From IMG/VR virus record IMGVR_UViG_3300033485_000001, positions 96,001-160,000 of that record: DNA of 64,000 bases; one strand, 5' to 3'. A program made the translations under genes and the position numbers. Positions 45,183-53,487 of the stretch are shown in pieces. A model generated the notes under the pieces. That model was given only the letters and a program-made list of their open reading frames with translations, was not told the origin of the DNA and did not search any database. Source of the stretch: a virus. The first letter of the stretch is position 1, and each line of letters begins with the position of its first letter.

Positions 45183-47123
45183 ATGATCGTCAAGCAGTGC
45201 CAGTTCTCCGGACGGGATGACCACGGGGTCTACGTTCACCTCGTACACCCCGGCTACAGCAACGACCAACTGATCAAGAACGCCGCCGCATCCCCACCCC
45301 AGCTCGAGCAGATCCAGAGGTTCCTCAAGAGCATGAGCCGCGCGGACGGGATGCTCTACACCTTGGTCAGCGCGCTCGGTGCCGGGGAGTTCTGGGGATC
45401 GAACTCCAACGCCGACTGGTTCGGTATGGACGCCCTGCTGCACGTCCCTCCCGACTGGGACATGATGCCAGCGGATCAGCAGAAGCTGATGGGGCAGAGG
45501 TGGCAGTGGGGCTACCCGACCTTCTACAACGCCTACGCCTACCAGCACCACGTCAACAAGGATCCGGCGAGAGCCTTCGGGACTGTCGAGTACGTCCTGT
45601 GGGACCCCCGCATGAAGAGGGTGCTGCTGATCGTAGGCATCAGCCGGCAGAAGGCGCAGCAGCTCGGAGCCCAGGGTGTAGTGGACCGGATCGAGAACGG
45701 TGAGTACCCGGACGTCAGCATGGGCTGCAAGGTGCCCTTCGACGTCTGCTCGATCTGTGGTGAGATGGACTTCATTCGTCCATTCCTCGGCAAGCCCAAC
45801 GAGATCGTGAGGCTTCACAAGCAGCGTCCCATCCGAGGGATCAGCACCACCACCAACGAGTACTGCCAGCACCTCAAGTTCGAGCTGAACAAGATCTACC
45901 CGGATGGGCAGCGGGTGATGATGCTCAACATCCACCCCCGCTTCTTCGACATCAGCTTCGTCTTCATAGGGGCGGACAAGACGAGCAAGATGCTGGCGAA
46001 GCTGGCCGCAGGCCAGTGCCCGATCCGGTTGAACGCCCCAATCTGCAAACACGGCTGCACCCAGTGCAACCCTCAAGGAGTCGTTCCCTCGGCGCACGTC
46101 TACAACGTGTGGTCCAGGGAGAAGGTGGCCTCCGATCCAGTGGAGGAGATCCTCATGGGAACGCCAATCGAGAAGATGACCTACGAGGATCGCTTCGTGA
46201 CGACGCTCGAAGCTCCAGCAGTGACGAAGACCGCCGCCATGAGCGATGAGCTGATCAAGGAAGCCTACGGCCTCGAGGAGTTCGAGGAGGATCCGGCGGA
46301 GACAGCTCGCATCTCGGACTACTTCCGACGCAAGGTTGGTGGCGGCAGGCTGGTCAAGAAGTCGGAGATCGCCAAGCGCGTCTCCTCCCACTTCGGGAAG
46401 CACGCCCCGGCCATCGAGCGCAGCGAGCCCGACATCCCGCACGAGGTCCAGGATGAGATGGCGGAGGATCTGCCTCACGCTCTGAGCTCAGCAGGTGGAA
46501 TGGGCATCGTCGTGAAGCCCCGAGAGTTCCAGCGCATGATGCTGATCTCCTCGGGAAACGGCAGGCTGGCCGACGACCTGGACCATCGGGGAATGATGTT
46601 CCGTCCTGGGGCTCCGATGGACCGTAGCTTCGGGATCGCGGACAGCGTCGTACCGAGGATCCTGGCGGCGCTCATGCCGATGCTCCACCAGCGCAGCTCC
46701 TTCGGACCGGCGCTTCACAAGCGGATCACCATCGTCATCCAGAGCCCCGGTGAGGGGCACGGATGTGACATGGGTCACATGCGTCACATGGGTGGCGATC
46801 TCATGGATAAGATCAGCAGTGCGTACACCTCCTACCGGCGAGGGCTGATCTACAAGACGGCGAGCCTCATTCCGCAGGCTCTGCACGAGAAGCCGGAGAT
46901 CCTGAACCATCTCTTTGGCGGAGATCTCATTCGATCCTTCGGAGGGGGTCTTGTCAAAGAGGGGGGCGATGTGATGGAATCGTTGATTGGAGGCATGCTT
47001 CCTGTGATCTATTTGAACCAAGCTCACTTCGGAGGGCCTGTGTCCAAATACGTCCAGGAGCATCTCGATCTCAGAGGGCTCACCAATGCAGGTGGGCTCG
47101 CAGCCTTTGGCGGGTTGGCGTAG
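45183..47123 (+). CDS. Prohead maturation protease with C-terminal extension
   Basis: NSNADWF, YQHHVNKDP, DVSMGCKVPFDVCSICG, FFDISFVFIGAD; lies upstream of scaffolds and capsid. Confidence 0.7.
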   Translation: MIVKQCQFSGRDDHGVYVHLVHPGYSNDQLIKNAAASPPQLEQIQRFLKSMSRADGMLYTLVSALGAGEFWGSNSNADWFGMDALLHVPPDWDMMPADQQKLMGQRWQWGYPTFYNAYAYQHHVNKDPARAFGTVEYVLWDPRMKRVLLIVGISRQKAQQLGAQGVVDRIENGEYPDVSMGCKVPFDVCSICGEMDFIRPFLGKPNEIVRLHKQRPIRGISTTTNEYCQHLKFELNKIYPDGQRVMMLNIHPRFFDISFVFIGADKTSKMLAKLAAGQCPIRLNAPICKHGCTQCNPQGVVPSAHVYNVWSREKVASDPVEEILMGTPIEKMTYEDRFVTTLEAPAVTKTAAMSDELIKEAYGLEEFEEDPAETARISDYFRRKVGGGRLVKKSEIAKRVSSHFGKHAPAIERSEPDIPHEVQDEMAEDLPHALSSAGGMGIVVKPREFQRMMLISSGNGRLADDLDHRGMMFRPGAPMDRSFGIADSVVPRILAALMPMLHQRSSFGPALHKRITIVIQSPGEGHGCDMGHMRHMGGDLMDKISSAYTSYRRGLIYKTASLIPQALHEKPEILNHLFGGDLIRSFGGGLVKEGGDVMESLIGGMLPVIYLNQAHFGGPVSKYVQEHLDLRGLTNAGGLAAFGGLA

Positions 47124-47201
47124 GGCCTTGATGGGGCCGAAGAATCGTCCTCGCCTGTGGTTGAGGGAACTGGAACGAACACAACCAAGGGAGAATGATC
47201 A

Positions 47202-48056
47202 ATGAACGAGTTCCTGAAGGACTACTACAACACCGCCAGCGGCGGCAACGACGACGCGGACGCCCTCGAGAAGATGGCGCAGCTCACCCTCCTCACCAAG
47301 GAGGCAGAGGAGGAGGGGATCGACCTCTCCGGGCTCTCGGACGACGAGGTCATGCAGCTCGCGGACGAGCTGTACGGCAACGAGGCGGAGACGGGCGGCG
47401 ACGATCTCGAGAAGGAGGCGCAGGCCAAGTTCGAGGAGGCCGACTTCCTGGGTCGCGTCATGGCCCACTCGATGTGGCAGGAGCTGGACTCGATCCAGAA
47501 GGAGGCCGCCGGCGGCAAGGAGGGCCTCGCCCGCCGTGCCTGGGGCGCGACCATGGGCCGCCTCGGCGGCGCCGCCGAGGGCAAGGCGCGGGACGTCGCG
47601 TCCAACCTCATGCTGAAGACCAAGGAGGTCGAGGGCAAGAAGGTCCCGTCGGGCGTGGCTCGCGCCCTGATGCGGCTCGGCGGCAAGGGCGGCGAGGGCG
47701 TCTCGGACGTCAAGCGCATGAACAAGGCCCTCGCGCGGATCGGCGGGGCGGCGCGGGTCGGCTCGCAGGTCGGTGCGGGCGCTGCCGGCGCGGCGGCTCT
47801 CGGCGGAGCCGGCTACGGCGGCTACCGTGGCGTGAAGGCGCTGCGTGAGCGCGGCAAGGAGAAGGAGGGCTCGGCCCTCAACGCGCTGATCGAGCAGCGG
47901 GCGATCGAGCACCTGGCGGCGGCGGGCTACGTCGACCAGCAGGGCAACGTCTACGGCCCCGAGAAGACGGCGTCGGACAACGACTTCAACACCGTCGTCG
48001 ACAGGGCCGCCCTCGAGCTCCTCGAGCAGAACGGCTACCCGGTGCAGTGGCGGTAG
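47202..48056 (+). CDS. Scaffold/internal core protein
   Basis: Acidic N-half, Gly/Ala-rich C-half, EKMAQ, TKEAE, EKEAQ, QKEAA, EKTAS; strong codon bias. Confidence 0.65.
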   Translation: MNEFLKDYYNTASGGNDDADALEKMAQLTLLTKEAEEEGIDLSGLSDDEVMQLADELYGNEAETGGDDLEKEAQAKFEEADFLGRVMAHSMWQELDSIQKEAAGGKEGLARRAWGATMGRLGGAAEGKARDVASNLMLKTKEVEGKKVPSGVARALMRLGGKGGEGVSDVKRMNKALARIGGAARVGSQVGAGAAGAAALGGAGYGGYRGVKALRERGKEKEGSALNALIEQRAIEHLAAAGYVDQQGNVYGPEKTASDNDFNTVVDRAALELLEQNGYPVQWR

Positions 48057-48072
48057 TTGGACAAGTCGGGAA

Positions 48073-48354
48073 ATGGAGCTGACGATGCTACGCGCTATGG
48101 TGGATGAGATGAGGAAGATCGCAGCGGTCTCCTCTCCATCCATCACAGCGCCCCCGACCCCCGGTGGTGTGAACGGCAATCTCCACGCGGAGCCGCCGTC
48201 TCCCGTCTCTGTGGGCAAGATCACGGGCAAAGCACTCGGAGGCACCAACCTGATGAGGACCAACTACACCGCTGTGAATACAAGAGCGCAGGCACCAGAC
48301 ATCACTCTGACCTCTGAGCAGAAGTCGCTTACGCCGCCAGTGGTCAGGTCGTAG
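48073..48354 (+). CDS. Small tagged protein (AMVDEMRKIAA)
   Basis: Tag followed by Pro/Ser/Thr-rich body. Confidence 0.65.
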   Translation: MELTMLRAMVDEMRKIAAVSSPSITAPPTPGGVNGNLHAEPPSPVSVGKITGKALGGTNLMRTNYTAVNTRAQAPDITLTSEQKSLTPPVVRS

Positions 48355-48365
48355 GGAGGTCCGAA

Positions 48366-49481
48366 ATGGGACAGTCTCTGAACAAGCTGATCGAAGCCGC
48401 GCTCCTTGACGGCAATGCCGGAGTGATGACGAAGATCGCTCAGGAAGCCGAGGCCGAGGACGACGACGACGAAGGGAAGTGCGAAGAGTGCGGCAAGGCC
48501 GCCGTCGCCGGATCGAAGTTCTGCAAGGAGTGCGCGGAGAACAAGGCTCGCTCGGAAGAGCGGGCCAGCGGAGTCACTTCGGGAGAGGGAAGCGAGAAGA
48601 CCTCTTCCGCCCGGATCGAGAAGCTCGCCGCAGCGGTGGAGTACATCCGGGACAACTTCCTCGAGATCCAGATGCCGGTCGGCAGGGTCAAGATGGCGGA
48701 GGGCTCCTCTGCCGATTCGGGACCCGGCGTCGGCGCGAACTCGCTCGACACGAACCTGAACAAGGTCACGCCGGGTGAGGCACCCGAGGGGTTCGGTGAG
48801 GCCAAGGCCAAGAAGCCGGCCATGACCATCCCCCTCGAGGCCGGGGCGTCGCCCAACGCGGCGTCCACCGCGATCCAGACCGATGCCGCAACCCCGCCCG
48901 GCGGATCCGGGGAGCAGCCCCAGATGATCCAGCCCAGCGGGACCGGCGGGGCCACTCCCCAGGCGAAGACCGCCAGCGTGAAGCGCATCATGGCCGCCAT
49001 GATGAAGTCTGCCGCTGACGACTTCGAGGGGAGTTCGTCGATCAAGGCCCCTCAGTCGATGACGACCACCACGCCGGAAGACAAGCCCTCTGGCGTGGAG
49101 CGCCCTGCGGAGGTCACCTCCCAAGAGAAGCTGATCGCCTCGTCGGATGCAGCGATCGATGCGACGAAGCGTGACGCGAAGGAGGTTCCGAAGAAGCGAA
49201 TGGGCGACGTCCTGACCGAACCGGCGCTGGCCAAGTCCACGGACTCGGCTCTCGACAAGGCGCTGGGGACGCAGGTGGTGACAGAGGCCGGTGCCAAGGT
49301 CGCTGCGGCACAGGCCCGCGTCCTGTTGCAGAAGACCGCGTCGGGCAAGTGCACCTGTGGTGGCAAGCACGAATGCGGGTTCTGCAAGATCGCTTCGCGA
49401 ATCGGTCAGAAGAGCACGCGGCAGGCTGGAGCCGTGTGGGACTCTGGCCACAAGCCGGGCACCCCCGCCCGGTCGGTGTAG
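48366..49481 (+). CDS. Scaffold-like low-complexity protein with Cys clusters
   Basis: TKIAQ, EKLAA, VKMAE, AKTAS, MKSAA, AKVAA, QKTAS; CEECG...CKEC. Confidence 0.65.
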   Translation: MGQSLNKLIEAALLDGNAGVMTKIAQEAEAEDDDDEGKCEECGKAAVAGSKFCKECAENKARSEERASGVTSGEGSEKTSSARIEKLAAAVEYIRDNFLEIQMPVGRVKMAEGSSADSGPGVGANSLDTNLNKVTPGEAPEGFGEAKAKKPAMTIPLEAGASPNAASTAIQTDAATPPGGSGEQPQMIQPSGTGGATPQAKTASVKRIMAAMMKSAADDFEGSSSIKAPQSMTTTTPEDKPSGVERPAEVTSQEKLIASSDAAIDATKRDAKEVPKKRMGDVLTEPALAKSTDSALDKALGTQVVTEAGAKVAAAQARVLLQKTASGKCTCGGKHECGFCKIASRIGQKSTRQAGAVWDSGHKPGTPARSV

Positions 49482-49492
49482 GAGGAGGCGCC

Positions 49493-49870
49493 ATGAAGAA
49501 GCTCAGTGCACAGAACGTGGTGGCCATCCTCACCGAGGTCCCCAGCACCCTCCGGAAGCTCGCTTCGGAGCGAGACAGCTACAAGGCACGGGCTCTCCGC
49601 GCCGAGGGGCGTGTCGCCGAGTACGAGCGGAAGGAGCAGGTCGAGAAGGTCGCGGCGATGATCATGGAGAAGAACCTGAACAAGGGTCAGACCATGGACG
49701 AGCTGCGATCAACCCTCATGCAGAAGGCTGCCGAGGGCAAGCTCGGGGTGGTGGCCGAGGCCGTCAACATGACGGCACGGTCCAACCCGCTCGGGTACCT
49801 GGGCGAGGACCGCACGACCGGAAGCGGTGGCCAGGCTGAGGCGGCGTTCGAGAACGCCATCATCGGCTGA
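49493..49870 (+). CDS. Scaffold-like coiled-coil protein
   Basis: ATG 49493 with GGAGGAGG; RKLAS, EKVAA, QKAAE. Confidence 0.7.
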   Translation: MKKLSAQNVVAILTEVPSTLRKLASERDSYKARALRAEGRVAEYERKEQVEKVAAMIMEKNLNKGQTMDELRSTLMQKAAEGKLGVVAEAVNMTARSNPLGYLGEDRTTGSGGQAEAAFENAIIG

Positions 49871-49918
49871 AGCCAAGGGTGTACGAACAAGGAACCTGAA
49901 ACCAAGGGAGAGTGATCA

Positions 49919-50395
49919 ATGGCATACGAGGCCACATTCAGACTGCTCACTCCCGTCGCCATGGTGGAGAGGCACGACTTCGTCGTGTCCGACCGGAAGC
50001 TGCTCGAGTTCGACAGCCTCGCCCCGGTCCCCCTGCTGATGGGTGAGTGGTGCACGCTCGATTCGTCCTACAAGCTCGCCAGGGCCGCGAACCCCGGCGT
50101 GCCGCCCGGTCCCTGGGCTCTGTTCACGGAGCTCGGGAGGTCCGACACCCAGGGCATCGCGGAGGGCAAGGCCCCCGTGCTGTTCCAGGGTTCGTACTGG
50201 GCCGAAACCAAGCTCTTCGCGGGTGCGCCGGCCCTCGGTGCTGCCCTGGAGGTCGCGCAGGTAACGTACCCGGTCGGTGTCTTCCGGTCGGGTCTTCAGA
50301 CCAAGGGCGTGGGCACGAACCCGGTCATCGGGTACGTGACCAAGCTCGCGGCGGACAACGGCGGCTGGCTCCAGTTCCAGCAGACGCTGTACTAG
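49919..50395 (+). CDS. Capsid decoration/cement protein
   Basis: 158 aa immediately upstream of major capsid gene; codon bias. Confidence 0.55.
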   Translation: MAYEATFRLLTPVAMVERHDFVVSDRKLLEFDSLAPVPLLMGEWCTLDSSYKLARAANPGVPPGPWALFTELGRSDTQGIAEGKAPVLFQGSYWAETKLFAGAPALGAALEVAQVTYPVGVFRSGLQTKGVGTNPVIGYVTKLAADNGGWLQFQQTLY

Positions 50396-50413
50396 GGAAA
50401 GGAGGAACAGAAC

Positions 50414-51544
50414 ATGACCACGAGAGCATCAGTCCTGAACGATCTGTTCGTCCAGAACCTGGACAGCTGGGAGGGCAAGGAGAAGGTCGCCCAGGCAGGC
50501 GGGACCTTCATCCGCGACCGTCTCCGTGAGGTCGCGTTCTCCAGGCAGGTCATCCCGCCGGAGAACGTTACCAAGGCGGACTGCCAGCGCAGCACCCGGC
50601 ACGACACCCTCGTCAAGATCATCGACGTGGAGCCCCAGAGCCGCGCCATGGCGATCACCTTCCGTGGTCAGCCGACGGCCAGGTTCATCCGGGGCGCTCG
50701 TGCGGAGATCCCCTTCTTCACCATCTCGTCCGAGAAGTTCGAGAAGGTGGAGCAGGAGCTGCTCGCCTACGAGATGCCGATCACCCGGATCATCGAGGAC
50801 AACTCGGTGAAGGACATCCAGGAGATCGAGGACCGCGAGTTCCTCCTCCACATCGAGGCGGCGGTCCAGGCGATGCAGGCCGAGGCGAACGGCGTCGCCG
50901 CCGCGCCGGCCCTCAACAACGCCGCGCTCAACGGCGCCACCCCGCCGAAGGAGTTCTCCGTCCGCAAGGGCGAGCTCTGCCGGCAGATCGGCATCACCGA
51001 CAACTCCTACATCTGGCCGCTCCAGAGGCCGGACCTGGTCAACCTCCACAAGCTCCTCGACGGCAACCGTCTGCGGGCCGAGAAGGTCCTCATGACGGAG
51101 TACGACTTCGACGACCTCAACCAGTGGACCATCGAGGACTTCGGCTCGAAGATCGAGAGCGAGACCGCCGTGGACGGGTACAAGTACTCCACGCTGCTCG
51201 GCAGGGCGTTCGTCCGCACGATCAAGACGGACATCCTGCGGCCGGGGAACCTGTACGTGTTCACCTCGCCCGAGTTCCTGGGGAAGTTCTACGTCCTCAA
51301 CAACACCAAGTTCTACATCGACAAGATCGCGAACCTCATCACGTGGCAGTCGTGGGAGGACATCGCGATGTCGATCGTGAACGTGGCCTCGGTCCGGAAG
51401 CTCGAGCTCTACTCGGGTGACGCGACGGCCCACAACACGGACTCGATCCGCGTGGACGTCACGCCGAAGGACGAGGCCGACCTCGGCGCCGTGAACAACC
51501 GGGTCGACAGCGGCCTGGTGTTCCCGCAGGTGAAGGTCTACTAG
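50414..51544 (+). CDS. Major capsid protein
   Basis: 376 aa after protease/scaffold/decoration; extreme codon bias; GGAGG RBS; followed by hairpin. Confidence 0.8.
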   Translation: MTTRASVLNDLFVQNLDSWEGKEKVAQAGGTFIRDRLREVAFSRQVIPPENVTKADCQRSTRHDTLVKIIDVEPQSRAMAITFRGQPTARFIRGARAEIPFFTISSEKFEKVEQELLAYEMPITRIIEDNSVKDIQEIEDREFLLHIEAAVQAMQAEANGVAAAPALNNAALNGATPPKEFSVRKGELCRQIGITDNSYIWPLQRPDLVNLHKLLDGNRLRAEKVLMTEYDFDDLNQWTIEDFGSKIESETAVDGYKYSTLLGRAFVRTIKTDILRPGNLYVFTSPEFLGKFYVLNNTKFYIDKIANLITWQSWEDIAMSIVNVASVRKLELYSGDATAHNTDSIRVDVTPKDEADLGAVNNRVDSGLVFPQVKVY

Positions 51545-51548
51545 AGAC

Positions 51549-51616
51549 CGCGCCCTGCGCCGAGCTTTAGTGCGCGCTGAAAGGGCGCGGCGTCCCAACC
51601 GGCGCCGCGCCCTTCG
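51549..51616 (+). terminator. GC-rich hairpin after major capsid gene (terminator or stabiliser)
   Basis: gaaagggcgcggcg...cgccgcgcccttc stem. Confidence 0.55.
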
Positions 51617-51628
51617 CTTCTGAGGAGG

Positions 51629-52183
51629 ATGATCGTGAGCGGAACATACGTCATCAGGAACACGAGCAAGAAGGTCCACACCAGGACCACCAGGGCGATG
51701 ACCCCCGGTCGCAAGTCGGCTGTGCAGAGGGTGTGCGGCGGCAAGGTCCGGCTCAGTCGTGGGGACAGCGTCGTCATCACTGAGGATCAGTTCAGGACCC
51801 ACTACGTCGAGCTGGCCCAAGCCTGTGCCAGGGGTCTGATCGAGGTTCACGAGGGCGCGTTCAACGGCCCGGTCGTCAAGTTCAACGGCGCCCCTCCGGC
51901 GGGTACCCCACAGGAGGAGCCGGAGGAGGTGGTGATCGATGTCCAGCCCGAGCCTTCGACTCAAGAAGTTCAGGATCCGGCAAGCGCAGCAGAGCCAGTC
52001 GAGGATGACGAGGTCAGCGTCGAGCTGGAAGCCGAGCCCCAGCTGGCCAGGCCAGAGCCCGACAAGCCCCTCGACAAGATGAACAAGGCCGAGCTGATCG
52101 AGTACGCCTCCGAGGTGCTGGGTGAGCGCCAGGAGGACCTGGAGCTGCTCACCAAGAGGCAGATCCTGGAGAAGATCTCATGA
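51629..52183 (+). CDS. Hypothetical head-completion-region protein
   Basis: GGAGG RBS; C-terminal LDKMNKAELIEYA helix-extension-helix-like motif. Confidence 0.65.
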   Translation: MIVSGTYVIRNTSKKVHTRTTRAMTPGRKSAVQRVCGGKVRLSRGDSVVITEDQFRTHYVELAQACARGLIEVHEGAFNGPVVKFNGAPPAGTPQEEPEEVVIDVQPEPSTQEVQDPASAAEPVEDDEVSVELEAEPQLARPEPDKPLDKMNKAELIEYASEVLGERQEDLELLTKRQILEKIS

Positions 52184-52488
52184 TCATCTACAACCTCACG
52201 GACAGGACCCCTCCCTGGGAGAAGGTGGCCCGGACGGCGCAGTCCGTGAAGCTGTTCGGCAAGCTCATTCCAGCAGGCGGTCGAGGGGAGTTCCCGAACT
52301 TCCCGCTTCGCTCTGTCACTGGGCTCATCAGCTCACACACGATCAGCGTGGACAGCCTTCCGGACTGGTACCAGAAGGTGGGCGATGATCTCCGACAGAA
52401 GGAGCAGGAGAAGCTGATCAAGTCGAAGTCGGAGCCGCCGGGAGAGGACGAGAAGCCGAAGAGGCGACCTCGTAGGGAGAGCCGATGA
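52180..52488 (+). CDS. Hypothetical protein
   Basis: ATGA-coupled. Confidence 0.65.
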   Translation: MIIYNLTDRTPPWEKVARTAQSVKLFGKLIPAGGRGEFPNFPLRSVTGLISSHTISVDSLPDWYQKVGDDLRQKEQEKLIKSKSEPPGEDEKPKRRPRRESR

Positions 52489-53006
52489 CGACGCTTCAAG
52501 GCATGGACAGCGCGCTCATCCCAGGAGCTTCGCAGACGTTCAACGTCTTCGTGGCTCAGACGCGCTTGTTCATGCGCGACTTCCCGGAGCTGAACCGACT
52601 GGTGGCCGGGGAGGAGTCCAGCGACCGCATGATCGCCTTTGCGGCTTTCGAGGCGCTCTCCGACTTCAACTCCGAGCCACCGAACCTCGGCGTCTACACC
52701 TTCGAGATGTTCGTGCAGAAGGGCTGGGTCCACCCCCTGCGGACAGGGACCATCTGTCAGCTCCTCCACATGGTCGGGCTGCTCCAGACCAGGAACCACC
52801 TGCCCTTCTCGGACGGCGGGCTCAATGTGGCCGTGAGCGACAAGACTCCGCTGATCCAGGCGTGGATCCAGATCTTCTGCTCGAAGTGGGAGAACTGGAA
52901 GCAGAAGACGAAGGTCGCGCAGAACATCGCAGGCATCCTCACCGGAGCCGGTGGCGTCTCGAGCGAGCTCTTCGCCGTCAACGGGTACTTCGGTACCTAC
53001 TACTAG
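52485..53006 (+). CDS. Putative head-to-tail adaptor
   Basis: Size, helical character and position after capsid. Confidence 0.55.
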   Translation: MTTLQGMDSALIPGASQTFNVFVAQTRLFMRDFPELNRLVAGEESSDRMIAFAAFEALSDFNSEPPNLGVYTFEMFVQKGWVHPLRTGTICQLLHMVGLLQTRNHLPFSDGGLNVAVSDKTPLIQAWIQIFCSKWENWKQKTKVAQNIAGILTGAGGVSSELFAVNGYFGTYY

Positions 53007-53015
53007 GAGGCCGAG

Positions 53016-53477
53016 ATGGCGACTTGGAGGATTTTCAGGTTCCGTGAGGACAGGGACCTCTACGACACGCTGAACGGAGCGATCAACTGCCCGCAGGACA
53101 TCCAGGCTGGAGTCAACGTCGACGGCCTCACCCTCGTCATCGATGCGGGGGCGGGTTCCGTCACCGTCACGTTCGCGCCGGCGAAGGGCAGGCCGTGGAC
53201 CGCAGAGGAGATCGTGGACGCCATCGAGACCACCGCTGGTCTGGCTGGAGTCGCCTCGTTCTGGAGATCGACGACGGCGCACCAGGGCGGTCAGCAGACG
53301 TACCTCCGCCTCGGGATGGACACCGGAACCCTCGTGACGTTGAAGGGCACTGGGACCGCGAACGCCCTCTTCGGGTGGCCCGCCGTCGACGTGCCGGGGG
53401 TTCCCTACCTCCTCGCCGAAGTGAAGTCCGTCTACATGGTCGACAACAAGACCTGGTACGCCGTGACGTACAAGTAG
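53016..53477 (+). CDS. Putative structural protein sharing a module with sheath insertions
   Basis: WTAEEIVDAIET...YLRLG...GTANALFG. Confidence 0.55.
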   Translation: MATWRIFRFREDRDLYDTLNGAINCPQDIQAGVNVDGLTLVIDAGAGSVTVTFAPAKGRPWTAEEIVDAIETTAGLAGVASFWRSTTAHQGGQQTYLRLGMDTGTLVTLKGTGTANALFGWPAVDVPGVPYLLAEVKSVYMVDNKTWYAVTYK

Positions 53478-53487
53478 GAGCAAGATC

